Assembly (NCBI GenBank): GCA_013239625.1
Contig: MU054925.1
Coordinates: 1,434,829 to 1,498,828 of the forward strand
DNA: 64,000 nt
DNA from: Lama guanicoe
Taxonomy: Eukaryota
Reading direction: 5' to 3'
In this document: in pieces, positions 31,500-61,340 of the stretch
Position numbering within the stretch: the stretch's first letter is position 1
Layout: each line of letters opens with the position of its first letter
Translations under genes and position numbers: made by a program
The notes under the pieces: model-generated
Database searches by the model: none
What the model was told of the DNA's origin: nothing
The model's input: the letters and a program-made list of their open reading frames with translations, nothing else

Positions 31500-31900
31500 T
31501 GGTCACTCCCTGCCTCCCCCCTTGCCTTACCCCTAGGCCACACTCTTCTTAGCAGCCAGAGGGAACTTTAAAATAGCAGATCATGTCACTTGCCTATAAA
31601 AACCCTACAGTTGTTTCCATCCCATATGGAATAAATTTTTTGTTGTTGTTGAGGGGAGGGGTAATTGGGTTTATTGATTACTTGATTTAAATGGCGGTAC
31701 TGGGGATTGAACCCGGGACCTAGTGCATACTAAGGAAGTGCTCTACCACTTGAGCTATACCCTCCCCCCACTGGAATAAAATTTAAACTCTTTCCTGCCC
31801 TATGGCCCTGATGAGCTGAGCCCCTGCTGATTACCCGCTGGCTCTAGCCTGGCCTGTGCTGACCAACTGCTGGCCCAGGGCCTTTGCACTGGCTGATAGC
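31500..31900 (+). mobile_element. LINE-2 fragment interrupted by a SINE
   Basis: gcagccagagggaactttaaaa...atcatgtcact...aataaaatttaaactc...cagggcctttgcactggctg. Confidence 0.6.
31639..31770 (-). mobile_element. tRNA-derived SINE, camelid Vic-1-like
   Basis: Reverse complement begins ggggagggtatagctcaagtggtagagcac...ggttcaatccccagtacc; TSD tggaataaattt (31627-31638) / tggaataaaattt (31772-31784). Confidence 0.88.
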
Positions 31901-34900
31901 ATCTCAGAAGCTTTTCTCCGGGAGCCTGAAGCAATCCCCAACCACACTCATTCCTCTATTTAGCTGGCTTCGGTGGCAGCATTTGCTCCCTGCGGTACTG
32001 CAGAGCAATGTCCCATGCCTCAGGGCTCAGTGACTAGCCCTGTCTCCCAGGTACAGGTCCCCTTTCCCTTCCCCCTCTCCTCCTAGTCACCATCTACAGG
32101 AAACTCCTGAGCCCTGGTGCCTGAGGCTTGGAGGCACCTCATGGGCTGCTTGCTGTTGCATCACCTTTATTAGGACTGTTTTTGTTCTTTCATTAAATTA
32201 AAATCCAGGAAGCCGTGCTAATGAAGGCCCTAACGAGTCACCGGAGAGGCTACCAGCCCCAGCCTTTGGAGAGCATAACAGGGAAGGCTAGGCAACAAGG
32301 TGAGCAGAGGAGTGGCTCCTGGGGAGAGGGCTGATTGTTTCCCAGGCCCTCGAAGGATCCTGGTTTCCCAGGGGAGGTGGCCTTTAGAGGCTGTGTAGGT
32401 GGCAGACACAGTGGCAAATTGGACCAAGAGCTCTTCAAGGGCAAGGAGGGGGACTCAGCTCAGACGTGGCCCCAAAGCCCTGAAGGCTTCCTGGGTCCCC
32501 TGCTGCCACTGATTGGGCAGTTGTCTCCCAGTCATATCACCCCAAGTGCCAGGACCAGTTGGATTTTCAGAGCTAGACGTGGGTCACTGGCTTGGAGATG
32601 CTGGTGCCTGCTGCAGGCTCATATGCACTCCTGCCTCAGCATCTCTTGAGCAATTGGGAACCTCCTGCCTGCCCCATGCCTCACTGATGCCTCGTGGCTG
32701 TCCTCTCTCACACCACAGTCCTTCATAGTCCTTCTTGCTCTCACTGTCCTTGCCAGGCTGGCCTTTCTCTTCTAGGAATGCCTGGCCCCTTCCCACCCCC
32801 GGGTTTTTGCACTCGCTATTGCCTCCATCTGTCACTCTCTTCTCTTGGCTCATCACATGATCGGTTCCTTCTCATCATTCAGAAGTCCCCTCTTCAGACT
32901 GTTTCCTCCTGCATACCCCACCCAGTGGCTCTGTGTTACCCTGTTGATTTCCTTGGAAACCGTGGAGTGCATGTCCCTGTTTCTGTGTTTGCTGTGTGTT
33001 CCTGAAGGGTAGGGTCCCAGCTGCCTCCCTCACCAGACGGTTCTCAGCACAATGGCACACAATAGGTTCACTCCTCTCAGATCCTCCTGCCCCGATCAGG
33101 TGGAATCTCCTAGCCCATCCAGAAATTTCTGGCATGGAATGCTGGGGTCTGAGCTCTCTAGGCCAAAGCCAATTGCCTTTGAAGAAGGCAGGTGACCGGG
33201 AAGGGGGACACTGGGCCCCAGGGCCTTCCAGGCTTGAGACTTTTTCTGGGGAGGAGAGAAGCCTGGGAATAGAGGTTTGGAAGGAAGGAGCAGAGCCAGC
33301 TCCAATCTCAAAACTGCTGCTGGGCTCAAGCAGGAAAGGGGAAGTGTAGGGGATATACCAGGAGGTGGAGCCTGGCTCAGGGCTGTAGGGAAGGAGCCAG
33401 CTCTGGCCACGGAGATCTAGAAGCAGAAATTGCTGAGATCCTGTTTGCAAAGCTGTGATTTGGTGGTATAGGGTCTTGCTGGAGACTCCCTGCCATCTGG
33501 GAGCCATGGAGGTGGGGTGGTCGGGATGCTGGACTCGGTATCCCTGTGGGGTCCTGCCTGTTCCCGAACTCTGCTTTGGGGCAGATACACCCACCCCGAA
33601 ACTGCCTTTGGGGAAGTACTGGCAGCTTCCCCTTCCTGGAGCCTGTGAGCTGGGGTGTCACAGCTTACTGAGGGGGTCTCTGTTCCTCACCCTGTTCAGC
33701 CTGGTGCACGACAGGAACTCAGGACAGGCTGGACCTGCTCTGTGGCCAGTGGTGAGCCCCAGGCTGGTGTAGCTGTCCAGGTCAGCCGGTAGCTGCCACT
33801 TCTCCATTCCAGCAGGGGTGCCTCTCTCAGTTCTGCTGAATGTCATTTCACTATTCTTTATGGTCTAGTTCAGGTAGTGCTGGTCCAGTGGGCACAGGGA
33901 CAAGTCATGCCTCCTCTGGTGCCCATGAGGCCCTGCCTGGGCAACCATCCTCTGCCCCCAGAATGACATCTCCCAAAAGGATGAAAGGATTCCTGGGTTC
34001 CCGAGTGTGAAGGAAGCAGCATGCCTGTGTGTCCGTCACTTGTTGACCTTGGATGGGTCCTGGCCCCTTCTGGGCCTCAGTGACCTCAGCTGCAAAGCCA
34101 AGCATTTCTCTAGCTCTGACCCTTGATTTTCTCCAGTCCTTCCCCAAACCCACCGTCCCCGTCCCACCTCCCTGTTCTGTCTCCCTGGAACATTATTCCT
34201 CAGTGATCTCCTCTCTCTCCACATCACCTCCACCAAGAAGGCTCCCTCACCTTCCCAGGAACCATTAGTTTCTCCCCTCTCTGCACAAACAACTATGGTG
34301 AATATTTTTATAGTGACAGCAGAATTAGTTGTTTATACCTCTCTTTGCTCCAGGAAGGTAGGGGGGTTAGACTTTGTGTGATTCATTCATTGCATTGGAC
34401 AAATTTTTACCTACCACCCTCAAGGATTCTGCTGCAAGAGATCTGGAATCAGAGACCCTGGTGGGAGAGACCCACCACCAGGATAGTGGGATCTGGCTGG
34501 GGAGGGGAAGCCCCAGGACGAGGGGAGTTAGAGAGACCCAGCTCACAGCCAGGGAATGAGAGACCGGGAGGAGGGATGAGTAGGGGAAGGGAATGGGGGG
34601 ACGTTCCGAACGTTTGCCTACATGTCTTCCCTCGATCCTGAGCTCAGCCGGTGCAGTGAGCAGCTATTACTGTTAAGAAAACTGAAACACCAGGAGTTTC
34701 TGGTAATATGCAGCCAGCAGGTTTGCAGACTGCTCCCCAGCGTCCTTGCTGTCAACTGCCACTCTACCACCTCTGCCTCCCTCCTTCACAGTCCACAGCA
34801 TGTGTGCTGGCTTTGTCCTCAGGCACTGGGGAGCCACAGGAAGTTGATGTGCAAGACAGTGATGTGATTTCTTCCAGCAGGTTCCCCTTGGCTTCCATGT

Positions 34901-36699
34901 AGTGGATGGATTGTAGAGGAAATGGGAGAGCCAAGGAGGAGGCTGGAGGCAGAGAATAAGGGACAGTGGGGACAGAGAATGGAGATAGATTTGAGGGGGA
35001 GTTGAGGAGGGGAAGAAACTATCGGGGTGTAGGGGTAGAGAAGGGGGGCGGTCATGGCTCTGGCTGGCAAGAGGCCATAAAGTGAAAAGCCCAGGAACAG
35101 GGCCTATTAGAGGGGCCCAAAGTCTCTGGGGGAGACTTCAGAGCAGCAGTGGTGGATATGAGGCTGGTGATCAGGGGAGAAATTGGGCTGGAGATGACCT
35201 CGTGGGGTTCTGAGCCCCTGGAGTGGGAGGTATGTGACTGGAGGAGCAAACAGAGGCCTAGCTGTAGCCCTAGGGACTCCAATGGAGAGGGAGCAGCCCA
35301 GAGCAAGGGCACAGGGGTTGCTGGACTCTCTAGAAAGAACATGTAACTGGAAGGGAGTGGCTAAGTGGTGACAAGGGTGCAAATACCACACTAATACCAC
35401 AGGACCTGGCCTGGGCCTGGGGGAAGCCATTCCTCCCAGTGACAGTGTCCTGCCCCGCCTCCATTGATTGGGGTCTGTGTCTGCCTACCTCTGGTGAGCC
35501 TGGCCTCCAAGGGGCTGACAGGTTCTCCCTGTTGCCTGGCAACTACAAGAGCTGTTGGCTGTTGCTAGGAGCAGGCCGTGGAGGCCCAACGAGGGAGGAT
35601 CGGCTCTCCAGTAAGGGGAGGGGCTGGCGGGGGAAGAGGCCCGCCTTGGAGCTGGGTTTGTAGTCTGTGTGTGGACAGGCTGAATTCTTGGCTGTGTGCG
35701 CCCATTTTTACAGTGTGTTCTTGTGGATCTGAAGCACTTTGGAGGCTGGACCTATGTATGGATATATAGAGCATATCTTTCAATGTTTGTGTCCCTGGGT
35801 GGGCGTTGTGTGTTTCTGACAGATTTGCTGTGTGCTTATAGCAGGGCCTACCTGAGCTTTGGCTCCAGGCAGGAGGGTGCCCTGGGGGGAATCATTGGAA
35901 ATCTTTCAGACCAATGGCTCCTCAACAGGGGAGCCATTCAGATAGGGACACACAGACACTCCAGGGAAAGCAGACAGCCTGAGGACTGGGAGGTGAAACA
36001 AGTTGTGTGCCAAGCTGGGAAGGAGAGAGTCTGTGCTGAACAGGGGGCAGTGGATGGCCAACCTTTGGTGGCCAGCTCCATTCCTGACTTTGTGGACCTT
36101 TATTCGTCTTTAGGCTGGGGCCTCCCAGCTCATGGCACTGGGGCCACACAGGACACCTTCCTGGGTAACCCGAGGCAGACCCTTCAAATGTCCATCAGAG
36201 GTGGGGGCTGTGTACTCCTCCTGGAGAACAGGGTCAGGAAAAGACTGAAATGTACCGCCCGAAATGCTGCTGCCTCCACCCCACCTTTGCCCAGCCATGG
36301 GGTTGCAGCCACTGTCCAGTGGTGATAGGCCATAATAAGATCACAGCCACTTTTGTTCCCACAAGTCAGGTGGCATCTCTCTCTCTCTCTCCCTTAGGTC
36401 CTGGTTGCTTGGTCCCAGGTTGGAATCCAGGATGGCCACCTGCAGGAGGATACCTCCTAGATGATCAAAGAAAGATGGGTAAGTCTTGGATGATTAGAGA
36501 AGGTACCCCTGCTGAGGGAGACAGCCTGGCCAAGGGTGTTGAGGTGGCAATAGATTTTTTTCTTACTGTTACCTAAAGAAGGGACCAAGGCAGCTTTAAG
36601 ACGGAAAAAGGCCCAGTCCAGAGAGCTCCTGGGGCTCTGCAGATCCCAAAACAAGTTTATTGGGTTCGTTAACTTTAACAAGTGACGAAGACACGCCTC

Positions 36700-55061
<18,362 letters not shown>

Positions 55062-55622
55062 GGGGCAGCGGGGCCTGGCAGGACGGTGAGCCTGAGGGGG
55101 CTGGGGAGGAGCAAAGGGGGCTGTCAGCACCCAGAGAGGGCCACAGTGCAGGGCACTGAGGAGGCAGCACACGTAGGCCCCAGGCTCATTCCGTTCAGCG
55201 GCCCAGAAGCGCCTGGCGGTGCCCTGGGGCAGAACTACAGGGCTCTCCCGACCTTCCATGGAGAAAACTCAACTTCCTCACCAGCAGGCCACTGGCCTAG
55301 CTTGAAGTCTGTTGATGATCGAGGGGCCCAGCTGCCCGCCACTCAGTATGACCAGCTCTGCACTCTCAGCCCTGCCCTGTTTCCCTCGGACCTATGTGAG
55401 GGTCCTAAGCTGGGGCGGGCCCCACCGGCCCTGGGGGAGGAGGGGACTCTGTGGTGCTACAGACTCCCCTCCCCCATGTAGCCCAGCAATGCACACTGGC
55501 TCCTGGGCAGCTACTGTGTCCCTGGTGGGGAAAAAGGAGAAGGGTCATTGTCTAGGGAGGTGGGAGGAGCGACACACACTGGCTACCTCCTGACCCATGC
55601 CCTGACTGTCCCCCACCTCCAG

Positions 55623-56612
55623 GGCCACCGCCGACTCTGCTCCCCCCAGCCCCTGAGGAAGATGGGGGCAAGAGGACCACGCTCCCCGCCTGTCCCCCTG
55701 GCCGCTTTTCCTCCTCTTTCCACTCTCTGTTCTTGGATCCCCTGTCCCCTCCCTCAGGTCCAGAGACTGGGGGCAGGGGTTGCCACAGGCCTCTGTGTTT
55801 GAAGCCCGCCCTTGTCCCAGGTGCAGGGAAGGGCCATGGGTACCCTCTCCTGGCATCTCTTCTGGTTTTAACCATCATCTTGTTCTGTGATGGGGAGGGG
55901 AGCACATACTGAGTTTCCCAAGGCCTGTGTTTGGAGGGGCACCCAATTCTCCGGCCTGGGACCCTTAGCTTCACCCAACACCAGCCCCTGACCCAGCCCC
56001 AGTCCAGATGTTTACAGGGAGCCTCCCGCCTGACCCCCTACTCCAGGCCCCCCCCCCCCAGCCACTCGGAGGCCCCAAAGGAAAAAGCACAAGAAGCGTG
56101 AAACGCCACCATTCCTGGAGACCACAGTCCACCTGCTAATTCTCGTAGCTTTTTAAAAAAATGAAAGTCAAGAGAAAAAAAAAACTGCAAACCTAGAAAA
56201 CTTTTTAGAGAAAAACTATTTAAAACTGTCCAATCCTGACCAGCGCCCACCCAACCCCTTTCCAGTGATTCTGTGCCTTGAGTGTGTCTGTGTGTTTACA
56301 CCCATCCCTCTGCTGGTTGCCCCCTGTGTGGGCGGTGCCCTGCCCTCCACAGAATTGGGTTCCAAGGGCTGTTCCAGATAACTGCCAATGTCACTGAGGG
56401 CCTGCCCCTGCGGCCCTGGGCCCTGGCTCCATTAACCTAAATGTAGCTCCTTAGCGCTAACCTAGGAACCGCCGCTGCCTGCTGAGGGGCCCTGCCCCTC
56501 ATGCCCTCGCCCCAGGCCCGGGACCTTCAGCGTTGAACACTTCCTTGCTTTTTTCACGTTTTATGGAATTGTTCACCTGGTTTGAAATAATAAAATGTAG
56601 AAAGAAAAAATA
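55623..56612 (+). other. GNAI2: GNAI2 non-coding exon 9 (3' UTR) after intron 55086-55622
   Basis: Donor ACG|gtgagc 24 nt after the stop; acceptor cctccag|; seed matches for miR-30 (TGTTTACA 56009, 56293), miR-138 (CACCAGC 55979), miR-124 (GTGCCTT 56273), miR-221/222 (ATGTAGC 56441). Confidence 0.88.
56589..56594 (+). terminator. GNAI2: polyadenylation signal AATAAA (GNAI2)
   Basis: gaaatAATAAAatgtag at the end of the UTR. Confidence 0.85.
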
Positions 56613-57329
56613 CCGAGAACTGCTCCGCATTCTTCTCCCCCTCAGGGGCAGAGACCCAGTCTGAAATGGGCCAAGGTGTTGGGGATGTGGACCTGGACCC
56701 TCACTTCTGGCAGGGCCCTGGGTGCTTAGGTCTCCAGGTCATACTCAGGCCCAGGTCTTACCGCTTCAGCCTTCCCACTTGGACTAGTCATCTTACACGT
56801 TGGGCCCTGTATGTCTCCCCCTCTCCCTCCAGCACCTCTGCAGTCTGGGGTTGGTTGCTGGAATGGTGGGGCCCATTTCTTAAGGTGCTGTTCTAGGGTA
56901 TTCTTACACATTGGGAGCAGGTGGAGTGTCCAGTGCATCTAGTGCAGAGGAAAATGTGACTTCTCACCTTCCAGGCCCAGGGCCCAGAAATGGTGTGCGC
57001 TACTGAGGTCACACAGCCAGGTAGGCTGCAGCCCTTTGCACACCCTCCACCCCCCCGCCCCGCCCAGAATTGAGACCCCCTTGGGCTTGATTAAACAGAA
57101 ACTTGAGGACAGTAGGGGTCTTGAGGCATGTCCAGAAAGATCTCTGCCCCAGAGGTCCCTCTCCAAAGCTGAAGTGGGTAGGCACAGGCCGGTGGCTACA
57201 CTTCAGTGTGTCTGTCGCCATGGGCAGGGGCGGGCTGTGGCTGTGTTGGGATTAGGGCTCTCAGAATGCAGAGGCTTCCATGAAGCTATGGGAAGTGCTC
57301 GTGCGTTGCTGGAGGAGGGAACGGCAGAT

Positions 57330-58030
57330 AACCCGGGCCAGGGTGCCTGTGGGGTGGGCCCTGAGCGCCAGGCAAAGCGCTTGGACTCTGCCTTGGACAG
57401 TGGGGACTGCGGCCCGCTCAGCCTGTGGGAAACGCTGGGTGAAAGGCCCGCCTCTGCTGGCGTGGGGCTCGGAGGGGAGCGCTTCCGCCTTTGGCCGCCA
57501 GAGGGCGCCAAAGCCCGCGCCGGGCCGGTCACGGAGGCTGACGTCATCCGGTCTTGCAGAGGCCGCGGGGCACAAAGGCAGCTTTGTAGGGCGGCGGCGG
57601 CTCCGCGCCCGCGGTGGGACAAAGCGGCCTGGGCTGGGGTCGGCGCCGCGGAGGCGGGGCGGGTAGGGGCTGGAGAAGGGTAGGGGCCGGGGACCTGGGA
57701 CCCCGCCTCCTCACACCTGCCTTTCCCCTAAGCCTCGGGGACGGGGGGGGGCGAGTCCTGGCAGGAGATGAGAGGCTGCAGCCGCCCCAGCCCTATCGGA
57801 AGGAGATCAAGGCCCCCCAGTCCCCGTCCCCGCCCTAGTCCCTCGGGCCTTTCCTGCTACCCCTGTCTCTGAGGGCGGAGGAGCGCCAAGTGACAGGGAG
57901 AAAATCCCACGCTCAAGCCAGGATCCCTTTCTGCCTTCAGCGGTCAGCCCTGGACCCCGCTGAACCCTAGATATGCGGGCGGGGCGGGAACTCCGGTGCC
58001 CCGATGCCCGCCTAACAGGAAGCGGGCGCC
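57330..58030. promoter_or_regulatory. orphan CpG island with CTCF, CRE, ETS and GC-box motifs
   Basis: TGGCCGCCAGAGGGCGCCA 57492-57510; TGACGTCA 57539-57546 overlapping CATCCGG; several GGGCGG. Confidence 0.75.
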
Positions 58031-60150
58031 AGCAATGGTTCCTTCCTTCTGTCCTGAGGGGGATCCCTGCACAGAGGGACCATTAAGGGCCTGGCATTGT
58101 CTGTCTGACGAACCCAATGCCTCCCTCCCTGGGTGGGCCACACAGGTTTCTGGCCAGGATCTCCTTGTACCCAGCTTGGCAGTGGGTCTGGGTGGGGTCC
58201 TGGCAAGCAAGGCTTCCCTGGGTGCAGACAGCAAGGCCCCCACCTGCCCTTGGCCCTCCTACCTCTGCTCTGATTTTGAGAGCATAAGGCTTCATTGTCC
58301 CAGCACTGGCGGGGGCGGCCTCTCAATTCATCCTTGTCTTTGGTGGTTGGGAAATTCCCAGCCATGGGGGGCGGTAGACAAGGGGGGCATCCCAGGTGTC
58401 CTGCACCCCAACAGGAGGGACTGCATGAAGTTGACTCCTGGGGATCCCCTACTCTCTTGAGCTGTTCAGGGCTGGACCTCAGCCATGGGAGAGTCAGTGC
58501 TCCCTGGCTGTGTCCCCCCCAGAGTTCTCCCAGCCTAAGAAGACCCATCTTCCTGGCCCCACCCATGGGCAGCTGCATCTGTGAGGCTCAGAATCCTTAG
58601 ACAGGCAGAGCCAGGCAAAGAACCCAGGTTCCTGCGCCCAAACCAAGCCTATGGATCCCAGTATGAGGTGAGCTGTCTCCATGGCGATCCCAGTGGGGAC
58701 CTCCAGGAGGTTGACCACCTCCCAGAGGGCGTGCTCCACTCCAAATAGTTGCTCAGGCTACTGATGTGGTAGCAGCCTCACTATTTTTAACCCATTGGGT
58801 TGGGGGTGGTAGGGAAACAGCTGGGAAGAGAGAAAGAGACAAGCTCTGAGTCAGAGAGGTCTAAAGAGGGGAGGGTATAGGGAGACCCTGTGGGGAGGAG
58901 CCAGTTCAGGCTGGCAGCCACTTCCCAACTCCCCTAGCCAGACCCCCCTCACCCCCAGCAGGTGGGTGGAGGCCCAGGTGCCAGGCCCAGAATGGGAAGG
59001 GGGCCCCTTAGAACTGGAGCTATAGAGGCTGCAGGGGCTGCCAAGGCCTGCAAGAACCTTTATCATGTTCCAGGGCAGCCCCATGGCTTCTCCTGATGTC
59101 AGGAAGTCCTCCTACGTCCCTGAGAGCCCTTCAGAGTCATCCTCCCCAAACCCAGAGTGCTAAACCAGCCACTAAGGCTGGGGAATACAAGCCCAGACTC
59201 CAGCCACCTGGCCTGTGGCATGGCCAGCCATGTCCTAGTTGCTCTGGGAATCAGGGAGAGGGCAGGGGCAGGACTGCTTTGGTTTCTCCCCTTGGAGGAG
59301 ACATAGCCTCACAGGTGATCTTATTTAGGAGAAAAATCAGTTTGACATTCCTGGGCAGTGACTCTGTTTTCTGACCTCAGAAAACAGGTGGAGGGAGTCA
59401 AGGCCTGAGTGGCTGCTGCAGGGTCAGGGAGGGGCCTGAAGTCTCCCTTATCCTTCAGCCGCCATCCTTGCCCAGGTCAGCAGGCCCAGGAAGGTGGAAG
59501 GGCTTCCTGCGGGCACGGTATCTCTTGCTTCCCTGTGCCTGTTCTCTGCCAGCTATGGGGCCCCCAAGAGATGGTGGCTGCCGGTGAATCCAGAGCCCTG
59601 CAAAGAGGCTGGTGTTACAAGCCTCTGGGGCTTCACAGAGGAAGATGGGTGGTGAGTGGTGAGGAAAAGTCCAGCAGGTGGCAAAGGGGGAGGGCCTGAT
59701 GGGCAGAGGGTAAAGCCCGAGCTAAGTCCTGGCAAAGGAAGAGCTGCTACCTCCCAAAAATGGCGTAGCAGGAGCGCTGGCAGGGTTAGCCAGGGCTGAG
59801 CCAGCGGGGGCGGGGGGAGAATGTGAATGCCTGCTAAGAGCCTGGGATGTCCCCAAGCTTCAGCAGGCTCTCCAAGTGAGGAGCTGGGGTGGGCAGGGTG
59901 CTGCATTGGAAGGAGAAGTGGTAGGAAAGATCACGGGGACCCAGCCCAGGACCTGTGAGGAGGGCAGGGGGAGGAGGTGGGGCCCTGTCCTGTCTTAAAG
60001 GAGACAGAAAGGCCTCCTTGAGTTGGGAGCTTGCTGCAGGAGGGTGTGGGCACTGCTGGTGGGGGTTGGAGACTTGTGGAGTGAGAAGACTGAGGAGTCC
60101 CCAGCGAATGTGGAGGGACAGGGATGGAGGTTCAGGTAGAGCATTGTGCT

Positions 60151-61340
60151 GGGGGTAGGGGGTGGGTAGGGGAGAGGCGGGGGAGGGGAGGGGACAGAAG
60201 AGGAACCAAGCCTGAACAAGGGCCCCATGAAGCTGGGCTGGAAGAGGCAGCAGGCCAGCAGGCCACAGGATGCCCAGCGCTGAGACGGCAGAGTGCACAC
60301 CTGGGTACCTTGCAGTGTGCCAGATTTGCCTGGCCCACTGTTTACAATCTCGGGGCAAGTAAGGAGAGTGATCAGAGAGATTCAGTCTCCCCCTAAGGAC
60401 ACACAGCTGGTGAGCAGCAGAGTCAGGATTCAACCCCGCCACTCCCTGGCTACTAAGGGGGTTGACCCCTGGTGCAGGCTCCCATCCACCCTTCCAGAGC
60501 ATCTGGAACCCCCTGCCCAGTACTCCTGGGAGGCTCTCCCCAGCCTAGGAAGGAAATGTAGCACTTATGTTAATGTATGTTAATGAGTACAGAGTGCCAC
60601 CGGAGCCTGCTTCTGCAGCATTCCTGGCACCTCCTCCCCACCCCCTCCCGGGCTATGGAGAAGGAGAGGAGAGGGAGGCCCCACTCCCAGCCCCCTCTTC
60701 TCTCTCCCCAGCCCCTCCCCCCGTGCTGGGCAATGAAGAAAACAGGGGGTAGGGGGTGGGTAGGGGACTGGTGGGGGAGGGGAGGGGACAGAAGAGGAAC
60801 AAAGCCTGAGCAAGGGCCCCATGAAGCTGGGCTGGAAGAGGCAGCAGGCCAGCAGGCCACAGGATGCCCAGCGCTGAGACGGCAGAGTGCACACCTGGGT
60901 ACCTTGCAGTGTGCCAGATTTGCCTGGCCCACTGTTTACAATCTCGGGGCAAGTAAGGAGAGTGATCAGAGAGATTCAGTCTCCCCCTAAGGACACACAG
61001 CTGGTGAGCAGCAGAGTCAGGATTCAACCCCGCCACTCCCTGGCTACTAAGGGGGTTGACCCCTGGTGCAGGCTCCCATCCACCCTTCCAGAGCATCTGG
61101 AACCCCCTGCCCAGTACTCCTGGGAGGCTCTCCCCAGCCTAGGAAGGAAATGTAGCACTTATGTTAATGTATGTTAATGAGTACAGAGTGCCACCGGAGC
61201 CTGCTTCTGCAGCATTCCTGGCACCTCCTCCCCACCCCCTCCCGGGCTATGGAGAAGGAGAGGAGAGGGAGGCCCCACTCCCAGCCCCCTCTTCTCTCTC
61301 CCCAGCCCCTCCCCCCGTGCTGGGCAATGAAGAAAACAGG
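60151..61340. repeat. 594-bp direct tandem duplication (60151-60744 / 60745-61338), each copy containing a MIR fragment
   Basis: Offset exactly 594; identical ORF translations (e.g. 60293..60583 and 60887..61177); 5 mismatches seen. Confidence 0.97.

Noticed and set aside
57124-57133. p53 half-site AGGCATGTCC; also a degenerate pair near 59216-59235
   Set aside because: Single half-site or several mismatches; not distinguishable from chance.
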